Shown here piece after piece: positions 47,718 to 60,204 of a stretch of 64,000 bases of DNA. The notes beneath the pieces are model-generated. The model was not told the DNA's origin. It searched no databases and saw only the letters and a list, made by a program, of their open reading frames with translations. The stretch lies in assembly GCF_006345805.1 (NCBI RefSeq), contig NC_043002.1, positions 35,092,001-35,156,000 on the forward strand, read 5' to 3'. Position 1 is the first letter of the stretch. Every line of letters starts with the position of its first letter. This DNA is from Octopus sinensis (lineage: Eukaryota). Both the position numbers and the translations under genes were made by a program.

Positions 47718-50459
47718 ATGGAAGACGTTGATCACTTAGACACTTCAAATACAGCAATTTTAAATGCTATGGATTCAGATACAAGGACATACAACAGTGA
47801 GAAAATTTTACATAGTGAAACATTTACTAAACAAAGATCGTTACACAAAAACATTACTGAATATTGTTGTGAGATTTGTAAGAAAAGATTCTCTTTAGAA
47901 CAGGAAGTCATCATACACAAAAAGATACACAATGAAAAATCTTACCAATGTGAAACGTGCAGAAAATATTTTGTCAATAAGCGTTCTATGACAAGACATA
48001 AAGGTATACATACGGAAGAAAATTCCTATCCCTGTGATATATGTGGCAAATCATTCTCTGTTAAGTCTAGTCTTGTAGTTCACAAACGTAGACACACTGG
48101 TGAACAACCATTTCATTGTGAAATTTGTGGAAAATCTTTTGTTGATAATAGTGATTTAACAGGTCATAAACGAATTCACACTGGAGAAAAACCATACCTA
48201 TGTGAATTATGTGGAAAATCGTTTACCAATAACAGCAATTTACACAGACACGAACGGATACACATGGGGGAAAGAAAATGTTCCTGTGAAATATGTGGAA
48301 AATCTTTTGTCAGTAATAGTGATTTAAACAGACACAAAAGAACGCATTCTGGAGAAAAACCATATCACTGTGAAATATGTGGAAAATCATTCACTAATGA
48401 TTTTAATGTTGTTACTCACAAACGTAGTCACACAGGAGAAAAAGCCTATCATTGCAAAATATGTGGAAAATCTTTTGTCAACAGTAGTGATTTAAACAGA
48501 CACAAAAGCATACACTCTGAGGAAAAACTTTTTGATTGTGGAATATGTGGAAAATCCTTTGTCAGTATTGGTAATTTAAACAGACACAAAAGTATACACT
48601 TTGGGAAAAAATCCTATCCTTGTCAAATATGTGGAAAATCTTTTGTCAATAATAGTGATTTAAACAGACATAAAAGCTTGCATAGTGGAGAGAAACCATA
48701 TCACTGTGAAATTTGTGGAAAATATTTTGTGAGTGTGGGTGATTTGAACAGGCACAAGAAAATACACGCTAGAAAAAGCCTGTACCACTGTGGAATATGT
48801 GGAAAATCTTACACTGATAATACAAGATTTATTATCCACAAACTCAGTCACAGTAGAGAAAAGGCTTACTCTTGTGAAATATGTGAGAAATCATTTGTCA
48901 CATTTTACGATAAAAAAAGACACAAACGAATACACCTTACAGAAAAACCGTTTTGCTGCGATATATGTGGGAAATCTTTTATTCAAAATGCTCATCTCGT
49001 TACCCACAAATTTAGTCACACTGGTGAAAAACCTTATCATTGTGAAATATGCGGGAAAGCTTTTGCCAGTACTAGTCTTATGAAAAGGCACAAAAGAGTA
49101 CATACTGGGGAAAAACCTTATCCCTGTGAAATCTGTGGAAAATCATTCTCTGTTAAGTCTAGTCTTGTAGTTCACAAACGTAGACACACTGGAGAACAAC
49201 CATTTCATTGTGAAATTTGCGGAAAATCTTTTGTTGATAACACTGATTTAACAGGTCATAAACGAATTCACACTGGAGAAAAACCATATCCATGTGAATT
49301 ATGTGGAAAATCGTTTACCAATAACAGCAATTTACACAGACATGAACGAATACACGTTGGAGAGAGAAAATGTCCCTGTGAAATATGTGGAAAATCTTTT
49401 GTCAGTAATAGTGATTTAAACAGACATAAACGAACGCATTCTGGAGAGAAACCATATTACTGTGAAATATGTGGAAAATCATTCACTAATGATTTTAATG
49501 TTGTTACTCACAAACGTAGTCACACAGGAGAAAAAGCCTATCATTGCAAAATATGTGGAAAATCTTTTGTCAGCAGTAGTGATTTAAACAGACACAAAAG
49601 CATACACTCTGGGAAAAACCCTTCTAAGTGTGAAATATGTGAGAAATCCTTTGTCAGTATTGGTAATTTAAACAGACACAAAAGTATACACTTTGGGAAA
49701 AAATCCTATCCTTGTCAAATATGTGGAAAATCTTTTGTCAATAGTAGTGATTTAAACAGACATAAAAGCATGCATTCTGGAGGGAAACCATATCACTGTG
49801 AAATTTGTGGAAAATATTTTGTCAGTGATAGTTTTTTACGCAGACATAAAAGCAAACACAATGGAAAAATAGTGTTTCACTGTGAACTGTGTGGAAAATT
49901 ATTTCTCACTAATAGCAGTAGAAAAAGACACAAACTTATGCACCTTACAAAAAGACCATTTCATTGTGAAACATGTGGGAAATCCTTTATTCAGAATTCT
50001 CATCTTGCTATCCACAAATTTAGTCACACTGGTGAAAAACCTTATCATTGTGAAATATGCGGAAAAGCTTTTGCCAGTACTAGTCTTATGAAAAGGCACA
50101 AAAGAGTACATACTGGGGAAAAACCTTATCCCTGTGAAATCTGTGGAAAATCATTCTCTGTTAAGTCTAGTCTTGTAGTTCACAAACGTAGACACACTGG
50201 AGAACAACCATTTCAATGTGAAACCTGTGGAAAATCTTTTGTTGATAATAGTGATTTAACAGGTCATAAACGAATTCACACTGGAGAAAAACCATATCCA
50301 TGTGAATTATGTGGAAAATCGTTTACCAATAACAGCAATTTACACAGACACGAACGAGTACACACGGGAGAAAGAAAATGTCCCTGTGAAATATGTGGAA
50401 AATCTTTTGTCAGTAATAGTGATTTAAACAGACACAAAAGAACACATTCTGGGTTATAA
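47718..50459 (+). CDS. C2H2 zinc-finger protein, 31 fingers, 913 aa, no recognisable KRAB/SCAN/BTB domain
   Basis: Uninterrupted ORF: 48-aa leader followed by 31 tandem fingers counted by hand. Confidence 0.95.
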   Translation: MEDVDHLDTSNTAILNAMDSDTRTYNSEKILHSETFTKQRSLHKNITEYCCEICKKRFSLEQEVIIHKKIHNEKSYQCETCRKYFVNKRSMTRHKGIHTEENSYPCDICGKSFSVKSSLVVHKRRHTGEQPFHCEICGKSFVDNSDLTGHKRIHTGEKPYLCELCGKSFTNNSNLHRHERIHMGERKCSCEICGKSFVSNSDLNRHKRTHSGEKPYHCEICGKSFTNDFNVVTHKRSHTGEKAYHCKICGKSFVNSSDLNRHKSIHSEEKLFDCGICGKSFVSIGNLNRHKSIHFGKKSYPCQICGKSFVNNSDLNRHKSLHSGEKPYHCEICGKYFVSVGDLNRHKKIHARKSLYHCGICGKSYTDNTRFIIHKLSHSREKAYSCEICEKSFVTFYDKKRHKRIHLTEKPFCCDICGKSFIQNAHLVTHKFSHTGEKPYHCEICGKAFASTSLMKRHKRVHTGEKPYPCEICGKSFSVKSSLVVHKRRHTGEQPFHCEICGKSFVDNTDLTGHKRIHTGEKPYPCELCGKSFTNNSNLHRHERIHVGERKCPCEICGKSFVSNSDLNRHKRTHSGEKPYYCEICGKSFTNDFNVVTHKRSHTGEKAYHCKICGKSFVSSSDLNRHKSIHSGKNPSKCEICEKSFVSIGNLNRHKSIHFGKKSYPCQICGKSFVNSSDLNRHKSMHSGGKPYHCEICGKYFVSDSFLRRHKSKHNGKIVFHCELCGKLFLTNSSRKRHKLMHLTKRPFHCETCGKSFIQNSHLAIHKFSHTGEKPYHCEICGKAFASTSLMKRHKRVHTGEKPYPCEICGKSFSVKSSLVVHKRRHTGEQPFQCETCGKSFVDNSDLTGHKRIHTGEKPYPCELCGKSFTNNSNLHRHERVHTGERKCPCEICGKSFVSNSDLNRHKRTHSGL

Positions 50460-51299
50460 ATTTGCTGTGAAATTTCCACTAGGGTGGAAATCTTAACTGA
50501 AATGTAACAAACCCATTTTTTGTCAAATCTAAACTTAAAATCCACCAAAAACACCTAGAAAAATATTTAGGGCAATGAAATATGTCAAATTTATTTGAAT
50601 TTTCATATTTTAGTCGAGTAATGTGTTTTTGTTTAAGGGAAATCTTTCCATTAAAAATATTTGGAAAATGCTTATAAACTTGACAAATGAATACATACTA
50701 GAAAAAGATTTGTATTAATGTGAAATATATAATAATTCATTTAGTCTAAATTAAGTCTACACTTCTGATTCAGAGATAAATACAAACTAGAGAAAATATA
50801 AGTTGAAATATGTTGAAAATCATTCTCTCTGTGTCTTAGGTCTTGTAATTTATAAACACACATTGAAGATCTATTCATAGATATTTGTAAATTAAGTTCC
50901 TTGCTCAATCAAAATTACAAGTGGAAAAACACTTTACAGATGTGAAATTTGTGGTAAATTATTCAAAAGTCATGTTAAACATAAACATATAAACTGGAGG
51001 ATAATACTATAGTGATGATGTATTAAAAACAATGTCTATAAATAAATGTTAAAAAGAAAACAAACTACTGAGAGATTCATGTAAAATCTTACTGATATTT
51101 ATTTTTACATTTATTTCATCTGCCGTTAGGTTCTGAGTTCAAATTCTGCCAAGGTCAGCTTTGCTTTTCATCTTTTTGGGGTCGATTAAATAAGTACCAG
51201 TTACGCACTGGGGTCAATGTAATCGACTGAATCCCTTTGTTTGTCCCCTTCTATGTTTAGCCCCCTGTGGGCAATAAAAAAAGAAATATTTTTACATAA

Positions 51300-51517
51300 G
51301 GCAGCGAGTTGGCAGAAACGTTAGCATGCCAGGCGAAATGCTTAGCAGTATTTTGTCTTTCTTTCTGTTCTGAATTCAAATTCCGCCAAGGTCAACTTTT
51401 CCTTTCATCCTTTCAGGGTCAGTAAATTAAGTACCAATTGCATACTGGTGTCAATCTAATCAACTGGCCCCCCCTCCCCCAAAATTTTGGGCCTTGTGCC
51501 TAGAGTAGAAAAGAATA
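51300..51517 (+). mobile_element. SINE (ggcagcgag family), near full length
   Basis: Homologous to 15621-15836; further partial copies at 51125-51285 and 51806-51980. Confidence 0.8.
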
Positions 51518-53659
51518 TTTATTTTTACATGTAAATTAAAATCATTTTACTGTAATATTTGTTGGATATTATTTTTTGGACAGTTGAATTAGTTGTTTTA
51601 ACACAATTTACCATAAAAGACAACAACATTTTTGATAACCCTGTCGCTACACATAACTTGTACAAACCTAAAGATAGTGGCTTCCACATCTTGGTAACAC
51701 ATGAGGTAGTCAGAACATTTCAGTAGCTTGAACATAATAATAGTGATCATCTTGATTAGAATTTTGCAGAACATTTTGATATTTCCAATATTTTGCTGGT
51801 TTAGGGCAGCGAGCAAGCAGAATTGTTAGCAGGCCAGGTAAAATGCTTAGAATTTCGCTGAGGTTGACTTTGCCTTTCTTCCTTTTGGGGTCAATGAAAT
51901 AAGTACCAGTTGAGTACAGGGGTCAATCTAATTAACATCCCCTCCCCAAACTTGCTGCCTTGTGTCAAAATTTGAAACCAATATTTTGCTGGTTTATACT
52001 GTTACACATGCTTAGATGGTGGTTTCTTGCCTACACATTTTTCTTTATTTGTCGCTGGCGTTAAGGTCAATTCTGCTAACACCATTCTCAATTATTTTGA
52101 ATAAATATTGCTAGGACTGCTGTATCACAAACAAAGATTCAGTCTGAGAGACTGTTATCTTTTAACCATATAAAGATACCATTTCATAGCTACTCCAAGC
52201 TATAACAGTAAATAAATTGTAGTAGCAGAAGAGGAAGACGAGTTCATAACTGCTGTACTTTGGTGAGGATTTACAATCCACTGCTATTGTAGCTGTTTTA
52301 TTATCTCAAGTTCATTCAGTATGAAATGAGACATATTCTCAGTGTGGATCTAGATTCTACCAAATTCTTAGCGCAAAATATTCATGGCATTCCATTCTGA
52401 TGTACTATCATTTAAAACTTGCTGGGGCACAATCTAGGAGGGTCTTTAGTAAAACAAACCACCCCAGTACTTATTTGTAAGTTTGATATTTATTCTATTG
52501 GTCTCATTTTCCAAGCTGCTAAGTTACAGGGATGTAAACAAACCAACATCAGTTGTCAAGCATAATTTATATGACTGAGGTATATATTTGTCAGTACATT
52601 TTCACACTATTATCAGCAGGTCACATTCACTCATTTTGTTTGCTGTGGATGTGTATATCACTACATTAATATCCTACTCTTCTAGAATAATTTCTCACAC
52701 AGATACAATGTCAAATATTGTGTGGCCAGTTCTTTCTTAGCTTTTAGGATTTCATTGCTGGTTATGATACACAGACCACTTTATGGTCTATTTGCCATGA
52801 GGTGTTGATGCCTTTCACAACCTCTTCCATATCTGCGCTGAGAGTAAATGTCATTAGTTGACTACAGTGGTTAATAACAAAGAAATAATTAAATGTGTGT
52901 TCCATTGTTTGAGTATGTTGATCTTCAAAGTAAGAATGGCAATTTTAAGTGGGAGTTAAATAAAAGAAAAAGAAAAGGGGGAGGGAATTTCAGATGTCTT
53001 TCTATGGTGAGTTTCTCTAGTGTCTAAAATTCACATCTTGTTTGGGATTTTTATTTAGTGTGGTATTTGATGTTTTCTAGTGGTTTGCAAGAGGGAGTGG
53101 TGATACATTTAATTTTGTGCTATTTTAATCAGTTCTTACACATAAAGGATTTATGTGTAAAAGTATTTTAATGAGGTGTGATTGGTTCCTAAGAGAAGAG
53201 GGAGAGGTGGAGGCTCATCAAAATTTAGGATTTAAGATCCAAGTGGACTTCAACCCTCAGATCATCTCAGTAAAGATAATGATAACATTTTTAAACTTGT
53301 AGTTTTTCTCTATTTATTGAAAAATATAGATTTCATAAAATACGAACAAAGACAGCTTTGGGTGTGTGATTACGGAAGCATAATTGAACATGATGGCTAT
53401 TCTCAGGCTATCTCTTATTCCCTATAACAATAATGAAATTAGCTTTTCTGGCATTTTCACCTGCAAAATTTCTTATAGCCCTATTAAAGTCAATTTCTCT
53501 ATCAATTCTTGATTTAATACACAGACATATCAAAGCAACAAGTTAAGTTTGAGACACCTGACAAAGGTTTCTCTTGAACCTACTGTTGCTGGAATTGTTA
53601 TCAATATTTCCAAATTAACACAACCATTTGAAAATATCTTGACTCTAAGGCCCTTCGAT

Positions 53660-54840
53660 TCTACTCCTTGTTTCCACACTTGAAACTTCTCTAGTTCTGA
53701 TAGTGACTTAGCAATTAGAGCAAGGTCATCAGCTTAGAGGAGCTCCCAGGGGCATCCTGTCTTGAATTCCTCCATTATTGCCTGGAGGACTATGATAAAT
53801 AGGAGGGGGCTGAGGACTGAACCTTGGTGGACCCCTACCTCTACCCTGAATTCTTCAGTTTACTCATTGCCAGCCCTCACCTGACTGACAGCGTCCCTGT
53901 ACATGGCTTGCACGGCTCTCACTAACCATTCATCTATCCTTAGTTTCCTCATTGACCACCAGATAAGGGATCGGGGGGGACCCTGTCAAAGGCTTTCTCC
54001 ATGTCAATGAAAGCCAGGTACAGGGGCTTATCTTTGGCTAGGTATTTCTCCTGCAGCTGTCTTACCAGAAATATAGCATCAGTGGTGCTTTTCCCTGGCA
54101 CGAAACCAAACTCCCTAATTAGTTGGGCTATGACCCTCTCTGTCACCTTCATTACCTGATCCAACAGCTTGATACCTCTGTAATTATTTGTATCTAAAGC
54201 ATCACCTTTACCTTTGTAGCAGTTGACTATTATGCTGCTACACCAGTCATTGGGTATGACTCCTTCATGTATCACCTGGTTAACTATATGGGTGACTAGG
54301 CTATAGCCGACACTGCCAGATATTTTGAGCATCTCTGCAATAATTCCTGATGGGCCGGGGGCTTTCCCTGTCTTCATACTTTCTCCCATTCATTTTCTTT
54401 ATTCAGCAACCTTTCATAGTGGCGTCTCCAAACCTCTCTATTTGCAGCTTCATTTAGCACAAGTGAACCATCATCCATGCAAACACATTTCTCTCCTACA
54501 ACATCACGATTCTCTCTCACACACTGTCTTGCAACACGAAATACCTCGAGTCTTTGGTCCTCACGGCACAGAACTTTGGCAAATTTTTTCTTTTCTGCTT
54601 CCCCTCTGGCTAAATAAACCTGCCTTCTAGCTTCCCTTCTGGCAATCTGATATAATTCCCTGCTACCACCATTCTTCTAGTTCTTCCAAGCCTGTTTCTT
54701 TTCTCTAATAGCCCTGTCAACAACATTGTTCCACCACCACTTTATTTTGGGTTGAGAGGGGACTTTGCACCATCCACAGATCTGGTCAGTGGCCCTTAGC
54801 AGGTTGTCCCATAGAAACCACCAGTTGTCTTCTATATTTT
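53660..54840 (-). mobile_element. RTE LINE RT fragment
   Basis: ORF 53949-54389: NYRGIKLLDQVMKV..FGFVPGKSTTDAIFLVRQLQEKYLAKDKPLYLAFIDMEKAFDRVP. Confidence 0.9.
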
Positions 54841-54844
54841 GATG

Positions 54845-55960
54845 TAATGATGACAAATCAAGTGGAGAAAGCACTAAGGCCAGTCTGGAATGAAATTAAG
54901 TATCTAACCAGAGGGAGCAAATTTGGAACAATTGAAGTTCGATTCAAGGATGCAACTGTAGTAAGTCTGAACATGGCAACAATCTTAAAAACTGACAAAG
55001 TGGTGATGTTGCCGATATATCATGGAAGGCATTCTATAGGGGTCAGTGTAGAGGGAATCCCCCCAGAAGTCAACATGGCCTGGATAGTAGCTGCTGTCTT
55101 GCTCAGTAATGAGGAAGAGATAGTGGTTCTCCAGGCCACTAAGACAGAAACAAGAAATTGGAAAGGTCAAACCTTAAACATGGTGATACAAGGAATGAAA
55201 GAAATAAGTGAAGAATTGCCAGAAACAATAGCATTTGACAATATAGAAATGGTAGTCAGAGTAGAGGGAAGACCCTCAGATGCTACAAGTGTGGCCAGAA
55301 AGGTCACATTTGAGCAAACTGCCCTCTACAAGACAAAAAGGGAAAGGAAGAACTGACAAGAAGAAAGTGAAGGCGAATGGGAGACACCAGACAAGAAAAG
55401 GAAGAAACCAGGTAAAACAAATACAGAACCCCACCCCACCCAAAATCCACCCACACCCTCTTCCTCCCACCTGCTCCTACAGACACCGATCCTACCCCCC
55501 CCCCTCCAACACACAAACAAATACATTCAGAAGCAGGCTGTTCACCCTCCCCACCTTCCCCCAAAAAGTAACTATGCGATCATGTATGACAATACCAATA
55601 AGGGTCTGTGTGAAGAAATAAAAACGTGGAAAAATTTAAGATTGGTCGACACTCGCAAATTCGACAATGTGCAAGGGTGGCATTGCTTGCCTGTTGCTAG
55701 ATGAAGATCAGAAGGAAAAATTTTTTAAATGTAAAGGCGGATTTAAAATGTGGGAAGTGGAACTAGACATTGAAAAGTTACCATGGAACATGGATTACAT
55801 GCAACTATTAAAGGAGTACGGTTTCGACATCTTGGAAGGCACCAAGTACAAAAAAAAAATGAACAAAGGTAAAAATGAAATAACTCAGAGGTGGGGCTGA
55901 GAAAACTTTCATTTCTTCTCTCATTTTCATTTTGTTATTCATTGTAACATAAGCTTTTGG
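54845..55960 (+). mobile_element. Second ORF1-type CCHC element, same family as 31317-33035
   Basis: TRGSKFGTIEVRF..LPIYHGR..VEGRP then, after a frameshift, CYKCGQKGHI*ANCP; aligns by eye with ARGRKYGTVKVCF..LPTYCGR..VEERPPICDKC. No TSD found. Confidence 0.6.
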
Positions 55961-56022
55961 TTCTTTTTCTTCTTTCATTGTTTTTTAATTTGTTCGATTT
56001 TAAGTTATTTTTCAAAGCTATA

Positions 56023-57075
56023 ATGGAAGTGACAAAGAAGCATATTCAGCATATTTTGCTTCATGAGTTCAATAAAGGCAACAACGCAATGAAAAGTGTG
56101 AGGAATATGCAGTATATGGTGATCGAACAGTAAGCGTAAGCCAGTGTCAATGGTGGTTCCAGTAATTCTGAACCAGAAACTATAGCCTGTATGCTACATA
56201 AGCCTCATCTCATTGAAGTTCTGTAGAGCTTGACAAGTAAGTCATGCAAACCCTGGTGGAACAAAATCCCATTGTAACTGTTGAAGAACTAGCAGAGAAG
56301 TTTGGTTTGGTCATTCAACTATTCATCGACATCTGTATGCCACCGGAAAAGTCAGCAAATTGGGTCAGTGGGTTCCTCACAAATTTTCCGAGTCTAATTG
56401 CTGTCACATCTCATGAATGAAACTTTTTTGGACCAAATAGTGACTGATAATGAGAAATGGGTTCTCTATAGAAATGTCAAGTGCCAATGACAGTGAATAG
56501 GGAAAGGAGAAACACTGACACCCCATGCTAAAGAAGGTCTTCAATCAAGTAAGGTGTTGTTAGTGGGATATGAAAGGTTTAGTCCACTTGGAACTTTTAA
56601 ACTCAAACCAAATGGTAACAAAGGAGATCTACTGCGAGCAGCTTGAGCAGTTTAAGTCAGTGCTAGATGAAAAATGACCATCTTTGGTTTCAAGACGGAA
56701 GGTGTTCTTTCATCAGAATAATGTTTGGCCATATACAGCAACAATGACATTTCAAAGGCTGAAGCAGTTTGAATGGGAAAACAATGACCCATCCACCATA
56801 TTCGCCGGACATTGCCCCATCTGATTTATATGATTTATTCTGCAATCTCCAAAATCATTTGGATGGAAAAAGTATGAATTCAGTAAATGAGATCAGAACA
56901 GTACTGGGGAAGTATTTTTCGTCACGGACAAGTGAATTATGAAAGAGTGGCTTTGCAAGTCTACCAGATAGATGGAAGAGCATTGTAAAAATGGAGAATA
57001 TATTTTAGATTAAGAAAGAACTTTGTGTATCTTAGTTTGAGAGATAAAAACCCCTCATTATTTTTGAGATAACTC
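56023..57075 (+). mobile_element. Mariner (Tc1/mariner) transposase pseudogene
   Basis: MEVTKKHIQHILLHEFNKG.., QIVTDNEKWVLY (cf. IVTGDEKW), FHQNNVWP (cf. HDNARPH) and HPPYSPDIAPSD; many stops and frameshifts. Confidence 0.9.
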
Positions 57076-57905
57076 TGTGTGTGCGCGCGCGCATGTGATA
57101 ATTTCGCCTAAGCATAGCGATACTAATAACTAGTTGTTAGAACTCGATACGAGTACAGAGTGTAATGTTAATTATTAAATGACAAGGGAGCAAGGGGCAC
57201 ATAATCTACTTCATTAACTTACACCTGTTTCTGCTATAAGAAGCAGTGCACTCAGAGCCGAGTGCTTGTACAACATCTTATAGCTTCCTTGAAACCATTA
57301 TATACACAAACACACACACGTAGTTGGGGATGGATGTATGGTCATGAATGCTCATTGATCAGATCACTGTACATTTAAATTTAATTAGTGGCTATTCATT
57401 TTGAATGAAATATACGCCAAGACGAAGTTGTTCGATCTCTAGTGAACGCGATCCGGCAAACTACCATATTTATTGCATTTATTTTTATTATCGAGAACTA
57501 CTCTGTCGAATCTTTTATTCCTACCCCCATCACATTTTTTAAGACGCAAGGGCACAATTTGAAAGGAATTTGGCTGATACTTTTATAGGGTTTCAGATCC
57601 TCTGTCGTTGATACGTAATAAATATTATGTTGTGTCATGTTTTATAATGAGTTGAATATAACTGACGGTATTTTGAATGTTTTAAATTATGTTAGGAACT
57701 TTTAACTTATGTCACCGGTCTTATTTTGTTGAGCGAAACATTGTCACTGATACTGCTTACTTAATTGTAATTAACTCAGTCAATTTAATTGTATCATGTA
57801 AACACAGTATCATGAAATCTATGAACCATAATAGATTATTTTAATAGACATTTCGTAGTTTTTTTTTTGTTGTTGTTTTTGTTTAAGAATTCCTCGAGAA
57901 CTAAT

Positions 57906-58991
57906 ATGGAAGACGTTGATCATTTGGATTCTTCTAACATGACAGTTTTAAACAATGTAGATTCAGTCATGCAGACACAAAACAGTGAGAAACCTTTACA
58001 TAGTGAAACATGTACTATACAAAGATTATTACACAGGAATGTTGGTGAATACCATTGTGATATTTGTAGGAAAACATTCCCTTCAGAACAAGAAGTCTTC
58101 ACACACAAGAAAGTACACAATAAGGAAAAATCGTTTCACTGTGAAATTTGTGGTAAATCATTTATTCAGAATTCTCATCTTATTATTCATATACGTAGTC
58201 ACACCGGAGAAAAACCCTTCCACTGTGAAATATGCGGGAAGTCTTTCGTTAATAACAGTATTTTAAAGACACACAGAAGAATTCATACGGGAGAAAAGCC
58301 TTATCTTTGTGAAATATGTGGGAAATCTTTCCCCTCAAACAGTAGTTTAACAAGTCATAAAACCATGCACAACGGAGAAAAACTATTCAACTGTGAAGTC
58401 TGTGAAAAGTCTTTCATGAAGAATTCGAATCTTATTATCCATATACGTAGTCACACTGGAGAAAAACCGTTTCACTGTGAAATATGTGGGAAATATTTTG
58501 TCGATAATAGTTATTTATCAAAACACAAAAAAATACATACTGGTGAAAAACCTTTCCACTGTGAAACCTGTGGAAAATCATTTATAACTAGCAGCCTCTT
58601 AAAAAGGCACAAAATTATTCATACGGGGGAAAACCCGTTTCATTGTGAAATCTGTGGGAAATCATTCAATGTTAATTCTCATCTTATAGTTCACAAACGT
58701 AGTCATACTGGGGAGAAACCATATCATTGTGAAATCTGTGGCAAGTCGTTCGTCGATAAGAGTAATTTAACAAGACACAAAATAATACACAGTGGGGAAA
58801 GACCTTTTCATTGTGAAATCTGTGGTAAATCATTCTCTGATAATTCTAATCTTGTCGTTCACAAACGTAGACACACTGGACAAAAGCCGTATCATTGTGA
58901 AATGTGTGGGAAATCTTTTCTCACCAAGAGTCACTTAAAAAGACACAAACAAATGCAAACTAGAGGGAAGTCTTTTATTTGTGAAGCATAA
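57906..58991 (+). CDS. C2H2 zinc-finger protein, 11 fingers (last lacks the second His), 361 aa; paralogue of the 31-finger gene
   Basis: ATG at 57906 (MEDVDHLD..), acceptor tttaag|aatt at 57887; leader and first finger align with the 47718 gene. Confidence 0.93.
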   Translation: MEDVDHLDSSNMTVLNNVDSVMQTQNSEKPLHSETCTIQRLLHRNVGEYHCDICRKTFPSEQEVFTHKKVHNKEKSFHCEICGKSFIQNSHLIIHIRSHTGEKPFHCEICGKSFVNNSILKTHRRIHTGEKPYLCEICGKSFPSNSSLTSHKTMHNGEKLFNCEVCEKSFMKNSNLIIHIRSHTGEKPFHCEICGKYFVDNSYLSKHKKIHTGEKPFHCETCGKSFITSSLLKRHKIIHTGENPFHCEICGKSFNVNSHLIVHKRSHTGEKPYHCEICGKSFVDKSNLTRHKIIHSGERPFHCEICGKSFSDNSNLVVHKRRHTGQKPYHCEMCGKSFLTKSHLKRHKQMQTRGKSFICEA

Positions 58992-60204
58992 AAATTGCTT
59001 TGTTGCATATCGGAACTAAGGAATTACAACCGTGTTTCGTGGTCTGCTACCACAACAGCTCCTTTATAGGATCCAGTTAGCTCAAGACATCATCAGAAGG
59101 AACCACGTCCGGTTTCGGTCCCTACTCCTCTACCGTTTTGACGTGGCGGGGCCCCTCCTTTCGGAGGTGTCTTCAGCTCTGGTGTTGGGTGCATGTCTTC
59201 TTTCTTCTGTTCTCTGGCCTCTTCGATGTATCCTCAGCGATACTATACTAACAAGTACGCTTAGAAAAACATTTAGCATGATGAAATATTTTGTGACTTC
59301 TCATATTATAGTCTAGAAATGTGTTCTTGTTTGAGAAACATTTCATTAAAAATATTTGTGAATTACAAACTTGTTGACAAATGAGTACACAAACAAAAAT
59401 CTGTACTAATGTGTGAAATATACGGAAATTCATTCAGTGGTAACCGACCATAACACTTCTAATTCACAGGTGACTACAGACTAAAGAAAACAAGTGTGAA
59501 ATATGGGAAACATTTTGTGTTCGTGTGTATACCACAAATAGACGCCAGAAAAAGATCTATTCGTAGTTTTATACAGAGGTTCAATCTGGTATTGTGACTG
59601 GAAAAACACTTCTCAGGTGTGAAATTTGTGGTAAATTTTCTCTTTTAAAAGCCATGTTAAATATATATAGGAGGAAATTGAGATGATTTATCGAAAACAT
59701 TGTTTGTAAACAGACATATAAAACAAAACAAGAAAATACTGGGGAATTCATGTAAAATCTTTTTAGTGACATTTGTTAAAAATTATATTTGTGTGTAAAT
59801 TAAAATCTTATAATATTTATTGGATATTATTTTGGGGGGCGGGGGCAGTTAAATATTATTTTACAGAATCGATTACTACAGAAAACACTACGAGAAACTA
59901 GTGTTTAATAAAACTGCTTCCATACTTAACTTATACGAGCCTAAAAATAGTGGGTCTAGTAACTTATACACCTGAGACAGTTGAGACATTTAAGTAGCTT
60001 GGTTTTAGTGATAATGCTCATATAACTTCACTAGTAAAATTCTGCAGGCCAATGGACATTTTGATATTTTTTAGTCATTTGTTCAATGATATTATCTATG
60101 CTTACATAGTGGCCGCCTAGCAACGTTTATTTATTCCTGCTGTTAAGACCAATTCCATTCTTGCCATTATGAATTATTTTGAATAACTATTGCCAGAAGT
60201 ACAA

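Noticed and set aside
47732-50554. Short antisense and alternate-frame ORFs over the zinc-finger CDS
   Set aside because: By-products of the periodic finger codon pattern.
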